From Basidiobolus meristosporus CBS 931.73 (Eukaryota; Fungi; Basidiobolomycota), in the NCBI GenBank assembly GCA_002104905.1, contig MCFE01000501.1:1-64000 (forward strand): a stretch of 64,000 bases of DNA. The letters run 5' to 3'. The notes under the pieces were generated by a model that was not told the origin of the DNA, did no database searches, and saw only the letters and a list, made by a program, of their open reading frames with translations. Each line of letters begins with the position of its first letter. Position 1 is the first letter of the stretch. The position numbers and the translations under genes were made by a program. Below are positions 62,838-64,000 of the stretch, in pieces.

Positions 62838-63362
62838 GTTAGGGGGAGGAAAGTCACCAAGTGGTGAAATCTTTATTTACTTATGACAAGTATCTAAAGA
62901 AGCCAAGTTAATCTGAAGTAATTCCTAGAAAGCTAGGTCTGAGAGATATCTTCCTGGTAAGCCAGGTCTGAGAGTTGAGAATCTGAGTGGTACTATATTT
63001 CCTAGTTAGCTAGGTCTGAGAGTGGTTTCCTGGAAAGCCAGGCCTGAGAAGTGAGAATCTGAATATATCTGAGCTAAGTTATACTGGTTTGCGGTAGCTG
63101 AATTGTGGCCGGAATGGCCAGTAGACTGGGGGAACTGAGATGTATTTCTGGGCGATCACTGGCCAAATTTACTAGGCAAATCTGGCCATTAGCATTTCAA
63201 GGATTTCAGCCAATCAGAGCCTTTACTTTGCCCGATGGTTGATCAAGCCATCTCCCAATGAGCACACATCAATTTATTAATCAAATTTTGCTGGATCCAG
63301 GATTTGAACCCACAACCCTGGGTATGGAAGGGTTAGGGATAACCACAAGGCTAAGTGTTCTT
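62838..63362 (-). mobile_element. Unit 5: full-length tRNA-Gly-derived SINE-like element (type C), ~520 bp
   Basis: Head 63360-63289 has A box, CTTCCAT anticodon loop and B box GGTTCAAATC at tRNA spacing; repetitive hairpin body; tail shared with the LINE. Confidence 0.75.
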
Positions 63363-63630
63363 GGTTAGGGTTAGGGTTAGGGGGAGGAAAGTCACCAAGT
63401 GGTGAAATCTTTATTTACTTATGACAAGTATCTAAAGAAGCCAAGTTAATCTGAAGTTATTCCTAGAAAGCTAGGTCTGAGAGATATCTTCCTGGTAAGC
63501 CAGGTCTGAGAGTTGAGAAGCTGAGTGGTACTATATTTCCTAGTTAGCTAGGTCTGGGAGAGGTTTCCTGGAAAGCCAGGCCTGAGAAGTGAGAATCTGA
63601 ATATATCTGAGCTAAGTTATACTGGTTTGC
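63363..63630 (-). mobile_element. Unit 6: 5'-truncated type C SINE
   Basis: Near-identical to 62838-~63093; preceded by (TTAGGG)3. Confidence 0.85.
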
Positions 63631-64000
63631 GGTTAGGGGGGGAGACAGTCACCAACAGGTGAAATCTTTATTTTAGTTGAAACAAAGAAGCCAGCGCTAC
63701 TGTTGTAGCTTTGATACAAGAGTGTGTAGCTGAGGGGAATTTGTAGGTAAGTTAATAAGAAGTGATGATAGTTCTTCAGTGCTCAAGACACTGTTCAGTG
63801 GGAAGGGGGGTAGCAAGAGAGGTAAGAATGACTTGTGAACAACATTAATGAGGGGAATGTGATAAGGATTGATATTCATCATAAAGGGAGTGTGCTGCTG
63901 CAGATATTGCTGCCAAAGGTCTGTCAAGTACTTCAGGTAGGCCAGCTTGGGTTTTTCTGACTGCAGAATATAGTGAGCAAACTTCTTGACTTCAGGATCT
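63631..64000 (-). mobile_element. Unit 7: type A LINE 3' end, continues beyond the window
   Basis: Near-identical to 60034-~60410 (two differences noticed). Confidence 0.9.

Larger units (their letters stand above)
58601..64000 (-). mobile_element. Head-to-tail array of telomere-repeat-linked retro-units (7 units, 4 types), runs off the window
   Basis: (G)GTTAGGG or TTAGGG junctions at 58601, 59353, 59975, 60030, 62838, 63363 and 63631, each followed by a TCACC..GGTGAAATCTTTATT-type motif. Confidence 0.9.

Noticed and set aside
62920-63070. Hammerhead ribozyme or CRISPR-like interpretation of the SINE repeats
   Set aside because: CTGAGAG does not fit the CUGANGA core, there is no properly placed GAAA, there are no unique equal-length spacers or cas genes, and the context is eukaryotic.
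63289-63360. Functional tRNA-Gly gene
   Set aside because: Acceptor and anticodon stems do not pair; called a SINE head instead.

Overview
This is eukaryotic, fungal-type DNA (short GT-AG introns of about 55 nt with CTAAC branch points). An early-diverging fungus such as a zoopagomycete is my inference, not something the sequence proves. The window has three compartments. (1) 1 to ~27.1 kb is a CpG-depleted stack of nested transposons: a degenerate gypsy host, a full-length tRNA-Lys-primed gypsy, a self-primed Tf1-like gypsy, copia 5' ends and solo LTRs, and CACTA transposase remnants. (2) ~27.4-57.5 kb is a CpG-normal gene block: a secreted bacterial-type amidase-SH3b, a 4x Kunitz inhibitor, a stand-alone response regulator, NPL4, an MBOAT, RPL35A/eL33, a BMT6-like methyltransferase, a ROM-type RhoGEF, a patatin lipase, an acidic protein, a catalytically dead trypsin homologue and a double-RING protein. 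(3) 58.6-64 kb is the most interesting part: a head-to-tail array of seven minus-strand retro-units, each joined to the previous unit through 1-3 TTAGGG repeats. The units are of four kinds (APE-RT LINE, putative ORF1/gag-only unit, tRNA-Gly-derived SINE, 55-bp stub) and share one 3' module (AATAAA + TCACC-N4-GGTGA hairpin + CCCTAA tail). The array starts exactly where a copia gag is broken off. This pattern fits a multipartite telomere-extending or chromosome-healing retroelement system. The chromosome end itself is not in the window. All coordinates, alignments and splice sites were read by eye.
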